Shown piece by piece: positions 45,677 through 54,332 of a stretch of DNA of 54,724 nucleotides (its first letter is position 1; every line of letters begins with the position of its first letter). A program made the translations under genes and the position numbers. Location: positions 1 through 54,724 of the forward strand of contig CAZYYS010000001.1 in the NCBI GenBank assembly GCA_964651015.1, written 5' to 3'. Under the pieces are notes generated by a model that saw only the letters and a program-made list of their open reading frames with translations, had not been told where the DNA came from and made no database searches. Source of the DNA: an uncultured Verrucomicrobiota bacterium (GTDB lineage Bacteria > Verrucomicrobiota > Verrucomicrobiia > Limisphaerales > PALSA-1396).

Positions 45677-47113
45677 ATGGGTGAGATGCACGAAAAGTCC
45701 GACGCCCAATTGCTCCGGGATTATGCCCAACAAGGCGACGAAGCCGCGTTCGCGGAACTCGTCAACCGACACACGAACCTCGTGTATTCAGCCGCCGCGC
45801 GACAAGTTGATTCGCCGGACCTCGCCGCCGAAGTTGCCCAAAGCGCCTTCATCGGACTGGCGCACGGCGCACGATCATTGTTGCCACGACTGACGGAGGG
45901 CGCATCGCTCGCGGGTTGGCTTTGCCGGAGCGCCCGCAACATCTCGCTCAATCTGCGGCGCGATGAATTCCGCCGACACTCCCGCGAAAGGCAGGCCATG
46001 GAACAATTCAACCCGACTTCCGAAACCGCCACCGATTGGGAACGCCTGCGTCCCCTGCTCGATGATGCCATGTCCGAACTGGACGAAACCGACTACGACG
46101 CGCTGGTGATGCGTTTTTTTAAGAATCAGCATTTGCGATCTGTCGGACTGGCTCTGGGTGTCAGCGATGATACGGCGCAAAAGCGCGTCGCGCGGGCACT
46201 CGATAAACTGCGTGAACATTTGTCCCGACGCGGCATCAACACCACTGCTGCCGCGCTTTCGGTTGTTCTCACCGCCAATGCCGTCCAAGCCGCGCCCGTC
46301 GGATTGGCCGTCACGATTTCAACCGCTGCCGCCCTTGCCGGAACATCCATTGCCAACTCAACCGCAACCGTCACGGCACTCAAACTCATGTCCCCCGTCG
46401 TTTTGAAATCTATCATTGCCGCCAGCACAGCGATTGCCGCTTCCATTCTGATTGTTATGCAACACAAGCGCGTGGATCAGTTGCGCGAACAAAACGAATC
46501 CTTAAAGGCGCAAGCCCAGAAGACGGAGACGGCGTCTGCCGAGCTTTCCGAACAACTTCAAACGTTGACCCGCGAAAGGGAAAACAACCCGCGCCAGGCA
46601 GAACTGTTTCGACTGCGTGGCGAAGCGACCCGGCTGCACGGCCTGGAAGCCGAGTTCGCCAAGTTGCGCGAAGAATTGCTTCGCCAACAAGAGCAAAGCC
46701 GAGCGACCAGTGCAGCCCAAGCCGCCACTGAGGAAGCCATTCAAAAATTTGATGCGCAACGAGCTATGACCATAAACACAATGAAGCAAGTCGGGTTGCA
46801 ATTGCGCGGATTGGCAGTCCAGAACAACCTGAATGCCGCGTTCACCGCTGACGGAAACTTAAATCCGACCCTTGTCAGCGGCCTTGATTTAAGAAATGTG
46901 GAACTACTTGTGAATGATTCCTCCCAGCTTGAAAAACTCCTCGGCGGAGCACCGGATACGATCTTGGCTCGGACTGCGGAACCTGTTCCCACGCCTGACG
47001 GGCGGTGGCTCCGTGCTTACATTCTGGCCGACGGCAGTGTGCAATGTTTCTCCACGTTGGACTCAAACCAAGCCTTCACCGGCACCTTGAATCTCAAAAG
47101 TGTGAGGCCGTAA
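45677..47113 (+). CDS. ECF sigma factor fused via hydrophobic/TM segments to a coiled-coil C-terminal domain (478 aa)
   Basis: It has the same N-terminal module as the two upstream paralogs. The linker AALSVVLTANAVQAAPVGLAVTISTAAALAGT is present. A coiled coil carries ELFRLRGEATRLH. Confidence 0.85.
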   Translation: MGEMHEKSDAQLLRDYAQQGDEAAFAELVNRHTNLVYSAAARQVDSPDLAAEVAQSAFIGLAHGARSLLPRLTEGASLAGWLCRSARNISLNLRRDEFRRHSRERQAMEQFNPTSETATDWERLRPLLDDAMSELDETDYDALVMRFFKNQHLRSVGLALGVSDDTAQKRVARALDKLREHLSRRGINTTAAALSVVLTANAVQAAPVGLAVTISTAAALAGTSIANSTATVTALKLMSPVVLKSIIAASTAIAASILIVMQHKRVDQLREQNESLKAQAQKTETASAELSEQLQTLTRERENNPRQAELFRLRGEATRLHGLEAEFAKLREELLRQQEQSRATSAAQAATEEAIQKFDAQRAMTINTMKQVGLQLRGLAVQNNLNAAFTADGNLNPTLVSGLDLRNVELLVNDSSQLEKLLGGAPDTILARTAEPVPTPDGRWLRAYILADGSVQCFSTLDSNQAFTGTLNLKSVRP

Positions 47114-47223
47114 CCTTGTATTGTTCAAAAGCATTCCGATCTGCAATGTTCCTGCCAACTTTGCGCCGTGGAGGGCTGGCGTTGAAGTATTCTGTTCCGC
47201 ACCTTGTCCGACTTCGTGCAGCC

Positions 47224-49245
47224 TCACACGTACGGACTGAACGGTCGTAGATTCCATTCATCGATCAACTCTGTTGGAATTTCGCCGAGGAAGCGGGAGG
47301 GTTGTTGCATTACAGCTCCACTGTTGCCCTGCATCGCGCGGATCAATGGATAACTGAGGTAAAGTTCATTGCGCGCCCGGGTAATGGCGACGTAGAAAAG
47401 TCTGCGTTCCTCTTCTTCACCTTCCAAGTCGTCGATTGAACGCGCCGACGGAAACAGTCCGTCACATAGCATGATGATGAAAACGACCTCGAACTCCAGC
47501 CCCTTGGCCTGGTGAATGGTGGAGAGGCGGATTTTTTCATGGTCATTGTCAGCAGGCTGATTGTCCTCGGCTTCCACGTTCGTCAACAAGGCGAGTTGCG
47601 TGAGAAAATCTTCGAGCGATTCAAACTGCCGGGCGAAACTGCCCAGTTGCTCCAAGTCCTCCAAACGATTGCGCGAATTGGCGTAGGTCTCCTTCAAATA
47701 TTCTTCGTAGCCAGCCTCGAGCACGAGCTGGATCATTTCGGCGGTTTTGCCACGGACGGGTTCGGCTTCCAGTTGCGCGACGGTCGCAACGAATTGTGCC
47801 CAGGCCACTGCGGCTTTCTTCGGAACACTTGACAAACACTGCTGCAACGCCGCGGCGAGTGGGGCGACTTTGGGCTTTGGACTTTGGACTTTGGACTCAA
47901 ACACCTTCCAAAATTTGTCCGCTCCTTTCCGGCCGATGCCCGGCAAGAGTTGCACAAGCCGCTTGAAACTCAATTCATCGCGCGGATTGGAAACCAGTTT
48001 GAGATAGGCCGCCACATCTTTGACGTGCGCCTGCTCGAAGAAACGGATGCCGCTGGTGATGCTGAACGGGATATTTCGGCGCGTTAGTTCCAGTTGCAGT
48101 TCCAACGCGTGAAAGTGGGAGCGATAAAGGACGGCCATTTGATTGGGATTTACGCCTTCCTCACGCAGTTCCAACACCCGCTGGGCGACGAAAGCTGCCT
48201 GTTCCGACGCGTCCCCGCAAACCACGAGCGCCGGCTTCGTCCCAGGTTTACGTGCGGGCGCAAGATGTTTGGCAAATTGATGGATGTTGGCCGCGATTGC
48301 CGCGTTGGCCACGTCCAGGATCTCCGGTGTGCTCCGGTAATTGGTTTCGATTTTGAAGGTCTGCGCCTTGGGATGCCGCTCCGAAAACTTCAGGATGTTC
48401 TGGAAGTTCGCGCCCCGCCACGCGTAGATACTTTGAGCGTCATCACCCACCACCATGACGTTGTGATGCCGCCCGGCGAGCAAGTCGATGAGGTCACCCT
48501 GGAGTTGATTGGTGTCCTGATATTCGTCCACGAGGACAAATTGAAACCGCCGCTGGTAATGTTGGCGCACTTCGGCGTGTTCTTGCAGGAGTTTAAGCCA
48601 GAGCGAGAGCAAATCATCAAAATCCATCGCGTTCGTGGCGCGCTTCCGCGCATCGTAACGGCGCTCCACGTCTTCGATTTGAGAAGCGAGCGAACCAAAA
48701 TACTCATACTGTTCGCCCAAGACCTGCGCCACGGGCTTACGCGTGTTGATCACCATCGAAAAAATGTCGCCCAACACCTCTGCTTTCGGAAAACGGGTGG
48801 CTTTCACATCGATTTCTGCTTCACCGACACAGGCATCGATCAAATCCTTGGCGTCCTCGCGGTCCATGATCGTGAAATCGCGCTGATAACCGACCAACTC
48901 CGCGTGTTGACGGAGGATACGATTGCCAACGGAATGAAACGTCCCACCCCAAAGCGATGGCAACTCCTGTCCCAGCAAATCCGCGACGCGTCGCATCATT
49001 TCACGGGCCGCTTTGTTGGTGAACGTTAGCAACAGAATGCGGTCGGGGGGAATCCCTTGTTCGAGCAAGAAAGCCACGCGGTAGGTCAGCGTGCGGGTTT
49101 TGCCTGAACCCGCGCCCGCGATCACCAACGCTGGACCAGGCGGCGCCGTGACTGCGGCAAGTTGTTGCGGATTCAGTTCACGGGCATAATCAATCTGAAG
49201 ATGGACCGGTGAACGAAATGGGTGCAACACATACTCACGCGACAT
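47224..49245 (-). CDS. uvrD: UvrD/PcrA/Rep-family ATP-dependent DNA helicase
   Basis: Walker A is AGAGSGKT. Motif II is VDEYQDTN. TIHQAKGLEF and the other SF1A motifs are present. ATG at 49245 (MSREYVL) is preferred. Confidence 0.92.
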   Translation of the reverse strand: MSREYVLHPFRSPVHLQIDYARELNPQQLAAVTAPPGPALVIAGAGSGKTRTLTYRVAFLLEQGIPPDRILLLTFTNKAAREMMRRVADLLGQELPSLWGGTFHSVGNRILRQHAELVGYQRDFTIMDREDAKDLIDACVGEAEIDVKATRFPKAEVLGDIFSMVINTRKPVAQVLGEQYEYFGSLASQIEDVERRYDARKRATNAMDFDDLLSLWLKLLQEHAEVRQHYQRRFQFVLVDEYQDTNQLQGDLIDLLAGRHHNVMVVGDDAQSIYAWRGANFQNILKFSERHPKAQTFKIETNYRSTPEILDVANAAIAANIHQFAKHLAPARKPGTKPALVVCGDASEQAAFVAQRVLELREEGVNPNQMAVLYRSHFHALELQLELTRRNIPFSITSGIRFFEQAHVKDVAAYLKLVSNPRDELSFKRLVQLLPGIGRKGADKFWKVFESKVQSPKPKVAPLAAALQQCLSSVPKKAAVAWAQFVATVAQLEAEPVRGKTAEMIQLVLEAGYEEYLKETYANSRNRLEDLEQLGSFARQFESLEDFLTQLALLTNVEAEDNQPADNDHEKIRLSTIHQAKGLEFEVVFIIMLCDGLFPSARSIDDLEGEEEERRLFYVAITRARNELYLSYPLIRAMQGNSGAVMQQPSRFLGEIPTELIDEWNLRPFSPYV
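47866..47897. repeat. Heptanucleotide tandem repeat (GACTTTG, about 4.5 copies) inside uvrD
   Basis: The sequence is gactttg ggctttg gactttg gactttg gact. On the coding strand it is (T/C)CCAAAG, encoding SKVQSPKPKV. Confidence 0.85.
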
Positions 49246-49367
49246 GACCCAATGATATTGGCAGAAAGTTCGCCTGTCGAACGTCGAAACGGCCTTTTGG
49301 GCAAACCGTCCACCCAATTTTGGAACGATGCGGCTGATCCGGAGCGACTAGAATTGCATCGGTCCGG

Positions 49368-50225
49368 TTAAGCTGGCGCTTCGGAAAACTGACGACGGAT
49401 TTGCGCCATGTGGGATTCGATTCGGTCGATGTAGTAATTCCGGCCGCTGGGATAAGGCACATTGAGAAATCGGTGAAGGCCGCCAAACTCAAGATCGATC
49501 TTGTCGCGGACGTAACTTTCCCAGAATCCCGGGGTCTTCTGGATCATGTCTTCGGCTTTCGAAAACAGCCCAACCGCGCCGGACTCTCCGCCGGAAAATC
49601 GCGCTGCTTCGGCGAACTCGGCATACAAAATCGGCAGCTTGGCCACGTAATCCTCCGCCGCCATTTGTCCCAGTAAGTCCGCTGTGCCGAGCGCGAAACC
49701 AACAATCTTCTCCAACTCACTCTGCAATGGGATGCTGCTGAGATCAGCATTTACGCCGGTGCAACGGATCATGTTTTCGACAGAAGTAATTTCACTCTCG
49801 CCGAATCCCTTTTCCTGGAGCAATTCGCGGGCAAACTCTGCGCTGCGTGTTACGTGAACGACCGTGTACTTTGCTCCGGTGCCTTCCGTGTCATCCCGCT
49901 TTTTCAGGTAACCGGTATCGTGGAGCAGCATGGCCAGAATCCCCAACTCACACATCCGCTGCGTCAGTGTCGGAGGTTCACCAGCCTGATGTCGTCCGTG
50001 CAGCAAGCGCGCCATGCACAAGGCTCCCTGCATGGTGTGCTCCAGATCATGATAGAGCGCGTCAATGGCCTGATAATCGCGATACTTCCCCGTGAAGGCC
50101 TCAAGCGTCCAACGGAATGCACGCGGCACAAACTCACGATCACCGCGTGGAAACATCGCCAGGTACCGGGATTGAACTTCGCGCTCTACGGCTGCCGAAT
50201 CCTTCGTATCAACCTGCGGGAACAT
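49368..50225 (-). CDS. HD-domain phosphohydrolase-family protein
   Basis: H...HD signatures are present (YHDLEH, LLHDTGY). ATG at 50225 is preferred over the longer ORF. Confidence 0.7.
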   Translation of the reverse strand: MFPQVDTKDSAAVEREVQSRYLAMFPRGDREFVPRAFRWTLEAFTGKYRDYQAIDALYHDLEHTMQGALCMARLLHGRHQAGEPPTLTQRMCELGILAMLLHDTGYLKKRDDTEGTGAKYTVVHVTRSAEFARELLQEKGFGESEITSVENMIRCTGVNADLSSIPLQSELEKIVGFALGTADLLGQMAAEDYVAKLPILYAEFAEAARFSGGESGAVGLFSKAEDMIQKTPGFWESYVRDKIDLEFGGLHRFLNVPYPSGRNYYIDRIESHMAQIRRQFSEAPA

Positions 50226-50417
50226 GGTCCGAATACTTACCTGACTCGCGCCAAAATGCACGCTTTTTTTCGATGCGTAACGCGCGAGGTATCGAGGCGG
50301 TTCTAGGCAGGTCTGTTTCGGTGCCAATAGTGAGGACTAACCCAAGACTGCCCCCTTTACGTGAGAATTGCGAATAGTCCGATGCAAAACGGCGCGGTGA
50401 ATTGGATCTGGTGAATG

Positions 50418-51968
50418 CTATTCGACATGCGGTTTGAACTCACGCGCCAGTTTGAGGGCTTCTTCAATTTCGTCAGTGGTCATCCCGGCACGGAGCAGGA
50501 CCAAATGTCGCTTCGCGGTCGGAATTTTTTCCGTGGGCAGGTCTTGTTTCACAGCCAAGCTAAGCCACTTGTAAGCTTGGACATAATCCTTTGCCACCCC
50601 CATGCCATCGACGTAGCAAAGGCCAAGATTATATTGAGACTTAGGGTTATTCTGCTCGGCAGCTTTCCGATACCACTTCACTGCCTCCACGTTATCTTCG
50701 GTAACGCCTTTGCCATACTCGTAGCATACGCCTAGATTATGTTGAGCCTCTGAGTGATTCTGCTCGGCGGCCTTGCGCCACCACTTCACAGCTTCCACCT
50801 CGTCCTTTTCCACACCTAGGCCGGCAGAATAGCAGTTACCCAAAGCGCGCTGCCCCTCTGCATCATTCTGCTCCGCTGCTTTGCGAAACCATTTCACCGC
50901 CTCTACGTTATCTGCGGTTACGCCTACGGCATCCCGGTAGCAAACACCCAGATTATATTGAGCGTTGGCGTCATCCTGTTCGGCAGCCTTGCGTAACCAT
51001 TTCACTCCCTCCACCTCGTCCTTTGTCACACCCAGACCTCCAAGATAGCTGCCACCCAAAGCGCGCTGGGCTGAGGCATTATTCTGGTCGGCGGATTTGC
51101 GAAACCACTTTACTGCCTCAACTTCATCCTTCGCAACACCTCGACCTTGGAGGTGGACGGATCTCAAATTGTATTCAGCCTTATCATCATTCTGCGCAGC
51201 AGCCTTGCGCCACCACTTCACTGCCTCCACATCGTCCTTTTCCACACCTAGGCCAGCAGAATAGCAGTTACCCAAAGCGCGCTGAGCTTGGGCATTATTC
51301 TGGTCGGCGGATTTGCGCAACCACTTCGCCGCTTCCGCGTCATTCTCCGGCACGCCTCTTCCTTTGTAGTAAGAAATCCCCAACTCATATTGACCCTCCG
51401 CATCGTTCTGTTCCGCTGCTTTGCGAAACCACTTCACCGCTTGCTCCTTATCTTCCGGCATGTCCCTGCCGTTAAGGCAGTGTTTGCCCAAAGCAACTTG
51501 AGCTGAAGGCTCATTCAGTTCGGCGGCTTTCTGAAGCCATCTGATCGATTCCGCATGATCTTCTGGCACCCCACGGCCTTCATGGTAGCAGGCAGCAATA
51601 TTATGCATCGCAGTGGCGTCCTTTTGGTCGGCGGCTTTGCGATACCACTTCATCGCTTCCACCTCATCCTTCGGCACGCCTACGCCTTCCAAGTAACAGC
51701 TGCCTAAGTTTCGTTGGGCCCTGGCGTAATTTTGCTCAGCGGCTTTACGAATCCACTTCACTGCTTCAACGCCATCTTTTGGCACGCCTTCACCCTTATA
51801 GTAGGCGTTGCCCAAGTCGCACTGCGCTTTAGCATCTCCCTTTTCCGCTTTGGCCCTTAGTTCCGAGATTTCTTCAGCGGTTGGGGAAGCAACTGGTTTG
51901 GAATCAGTCGGGGGAGCGGAATGGCCGTTCCAGTTACAGACAGCCATTAGCGGAAGAACCGCCAACAT
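50418..51968 (-). CDS. Sel1-like repeat (SLR/TPR-family) protein, about 13 tandem repeats
   Basis: A 36-aa unit reiterates (A.KW.RKAAEQ..A.AQ..LG.CY..G.GV.KD..EA). The N-terminus is hydrophobic. The start is either ATG 51968 or GTG 52049. Confidence 0.85.
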   Translation of the reverse strand: MLAVLPLMAVCNWNGHSAPPTDSKPVASPTAEEISELRAKAEKGDAKAQCDLGNAYYKGEGVPKDGVEAVKWIRKAAEQNYARAQRNLGSCYLEGVGVPKDEVEAMKWYRKAADQKDATAMHNIAACYHEGRGVPEDHAESIRWLQKAAELNEPSAQVALGKHCLNGRDMPEDKEQAVKWFRKAAEQNDAEGQYELGISYYKGRGVPENDAEAAKWLRKSADQNNAQAQRALGNCYSAGLGVEKDDVEAVKWWRKAAAQNDDKAEYNLRSVHLQGRGVAKDEVEAVKWFRKSADQNNASAQRALGGSYLGGLGVTKDEVEGVKWLRKAAEQDDANAQYNLGVCYRDAVGVTADNVEAVKWFRKAAEQNDAEGQRALGNCYSAGLGVEKDEVEAVKWWRKAAEQNHSEAQHNLGVCYEYGKGVTEDNVEAVKWYRKAAEQNNPKSQYNLGLCYVDGMGVAKDYVQAYKWLSLAVKQDLPTEKIPTAKRHLVLLRAGMTTDEIEEALKLAREFKPHVE

Positions 51969-52331
51969 TACATTCCGGTGGAAAGTTTCCCTTGTTATTG
52001 GAAATTGGGCACGCAACAAGGAAATCCATTTCCCGAGTTTTGTGAACACAGACAGACACTACCAGCAGGCAAGCTAGCCGTCAATTCGGTAGTTTCCTAA
52101 TTTGCCGTACTGCAGTTGAGCCCCGCTTTTTTGTCTTGTCACTATTCCACACATTCGGACCGTGCATTAATCAGCAGGAAATAATTGTCCAAACCCCGAT
52201 CTTTTTCCTTAAATTAGCCATGCAATATGAATTGCTGGCATACAAAGACGACTTTTCCGATGGTGCGGAGAGAGATGGAGGCATGAAGAAATCGGTTCTG
52301 ATATTCGAGGTTGTTTCACACTGCGCTTAAC

Positions 52332-54209
52332 ATGGCTCACAATTCTTCGCCGTCAGACGAGGACGATTTCGTGCTCACCGCCAGATCCCGTTCCACCTGG
52401 GAAATCATCCGGCGTGTCGCCGTTTATCTTCGCCCTTACAAATTGATGGCGTTCGGCACGTTCGCCTGCGCCCTGCTCTCGCTGGCGTTTTCGTTTGCCT
52501 ATCCCAAGCTCACGCAATTCGTCATCGACGAGGTCATCACGAAACGGCGGAGTGAGTTGCTCACACCGGTGATGCTCGGTCTGATCGGCGCATTCCTGTT
52601 GCGCGATTTGTTCAACAGTATCCGCATTCGGATCAACAACACGTTCGAGCAAAACGTCATTTTCGACATGCGGCGGGAGGTTTACGCGCGGCTGCAACGA
52701 TTGCCGGTGAACTACTTCGACCAACGCGCTTCCGGCGATCTGATGACCCGCGTGATAGAAGACGTGAATTCCGTGGAGCGCGTGCTGATTGACGGCACGG
52801 AACAAGGCACGGTCGCCATTCTCAGCATCATTGGCGTGCTGGTCATTTTGTTTTCCACCAACGTCACTCTCGCCGCCGTGGCATTGATCCCGTTGCCGAT
52901 TCTCACCGGTGGAGCGCTTTGGTACACCCTGACGGCGCATCGGCGCTATCGTGCCCAACGCCGCGCGGCCAGCGCCATGAACGCGTTGCTCATGGACAAC
53001 TTGCAGGGTGTCCGCCAGATCAAGGCGTTTGGCCGTGAGCCGCACGAGGACGCGCGCTTTGCCGGGCGCGCTGGTGATTTGCGCGAGGGAACGCTCGGCG
53101 TGATGCGTGTCTGGGCCATGTATTCACCAGCCATGAGTTTTGCCGCGGCGCTTGGCACGGGACTCGTGTTCTGGGTCGGTGGAAGGATGGTTCTGCGCGG
53201 CTCCATGACACTCGGCGAGTTGATCGCGTTCGTGTTCTATCTCGCCTTGTTTTACGAACCGGTGGCGCGGCTGCACGGCTTGAACCAGATGATGCAGGCC
53301 GCCCGCGCCGCAGGAGAACGAGTCTTTGATATTCTGGATACCGTTGGGGAAAGAGATGTAGCCGCCGACGTAAGGAGGCGGACGGGAATAAAAGGCGATC
53401 CGACCCGCCTCCTCACGTCGGGGGCTACGGCCCAGTGGCGCGCGCGTGGCGAAGTGATTTACGAGAACGTCGGGTTTTCCTACGGCCCGGAGAAAACTGT
53501 GCTTCGGGAAATCTCCCTGCACGCGCAGCCGGGAGAAATGATCGCCCTGGTCGGACCAACGGGCGCGGGAAAATCTACGCTCGTCAACCTCCTGCCCGCT
53601 TTTTACGAAGTGACTTCGGGCCGCATCACCATCGACGGCGAAGACATCGGCGGCATCTCGCTGGAATCGCTGCGCACGCAACTCAGCGTCGTGAGCCAGG
53701 AAGCTTTTCTATTCAACGGCACGATCCGCGAGAATATTCTTTACGGAAAGCTCGACGCCACGGAGACGGAACTTCTCGCAGCGTCGCACGCGGCAAACTG
53801 CCATGAGTTCATCGACCGGCTACCCAATGGCTACGATTCCCGCGTGGGAGAGCGCGGCGTGAAGTTGAGCGTCGGCGAAAAACAACGCGTCAGCATTGCC
53901 CGCGCCCTGCTGAAAAACGCTCCCATCTTGATTCTCGACGAGGCGACGGCCAGCGTCGATACCGCCACGGAGCGTCTGATCCAGGAAGCTTTGGAACGAT
54001 TGATGGCCAACCGAACCAGCTTCGTCATTGCTCATCGCCTCAGCACGATTCGCAAGGCCGACCAGATTTTGGTGATGCATCATGGACAAATCATTGAACG
54101 CGGCAATCATGAGGAATTGTTGCGCCTCGACGGCCTCTACGCCAAACTCGCGCGTATCCAAAACACGACGTTCATCGAAGAAAGTTTCGAGAAGTTGTCG
54201 ATTGCTTGA
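52332..54209 (+). CDS. ABC exporter, fused permease/ATPase (MsbA-like type I exporter)
   Basis: A 6-TM domain is followed by an NBD. Walker A is GPTGAGKST, the signature is LSVGEKQR and Walker B is ILILDEATS. Confidence 0.92.
   Translation: MAHNSSPSDEDDFVLTARSRSTWEIIRRVAVYLRPYKLMAFGTFACALLSLAFSFAYPKLTQFVIDEVITKRRSELLTPVMLGLIGAFLLRDLFNSIRIRINNTFEQNVIFDMRREVYARLQRLPVNYFDQRASGDLMTRVIEDVNSVERVLIDGTEQGTVAILSIIGVLVILFSTNVTLAAVALIPLPILTGGALWYTLTAHRRYRAQRRAASAMNALLMDNLQGVRQIKAFGREPHEDARFAGRAGDLREGTLGVMRVWAMYSPAMSFAAALGTGLVFWVGGRMVLRGSMTLGELIAFVFYLALFYEPVARLHGLNQMMQAARAAGERVFDILDTVGERDVAADVRRRTGIKGDPTRLLTSGATAQWRARGEVIYENVGFSYGPEKTVLREISLHAQPGEMIALVGPTGAGKSTLVNLLPAFYEVTSGRITIDGEDIGGISLESLRTQLSVVSQEAFLFNGTIRENILYGKLDATETELLAASHAANCHEFIDRLPNGYDSRVGERGVKLSVGEKQRVSIARALLKNAPILILDEATASVDTATERLIQEALERLMANRTSFVIAHRLSTIRKADQILVMHHGQIIERGNHEELLRLDGLYAKLARIQNTTFIEESFEKLSIA
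53358..53428. repeat. Palindromic element, copy C, read in-frame within the ABC exporter CDS
   Basis: Left arm is gtagccgccgacgtaaggaggcgg (53358-53381). Right arm is ccgcctcctcacgtcgggggctac (53405-53428). Complementarity is 22/24 and the loop is 23 nt. Confidence 0.7.
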
Positions 54210-54332
54210 AGTTGCGGAACCGGCAGGCCGAGTCAACTCTTGAGTTTGCTCCCGGCGAATTCATAATGCCCTCAAACGAATCGTGAATATCGAATCATTT
54301 CAAAACGTTGACGCTGCGGGAGGGGTACGCCG

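Noticed and set aside
49252-49264. Palindrome CCAAT-GAT-ATTGG just upstream of the uvrD start, considered as an SOS (LexA) box
   Set aside because: It does not match any LexA motif I can recall. It is short and sits only 7 nt from the ATG, so a chance palindrome is likely.
47224-52049. UvrD-family helicase + HD-domain protein + Sel1-repeat protein considered as a possible defence or novel helicase-nuclease module
   Set aside because: The helicase has the full canonical SF1A UvrD/PcrA motif set and a typical length. The genes are separated by gaps of more than 100 nt. No nuclease, methylase or other defence hallmark is present. I therefore judged this a housekeeping juxtaposition, although I cannot exclude co-function.
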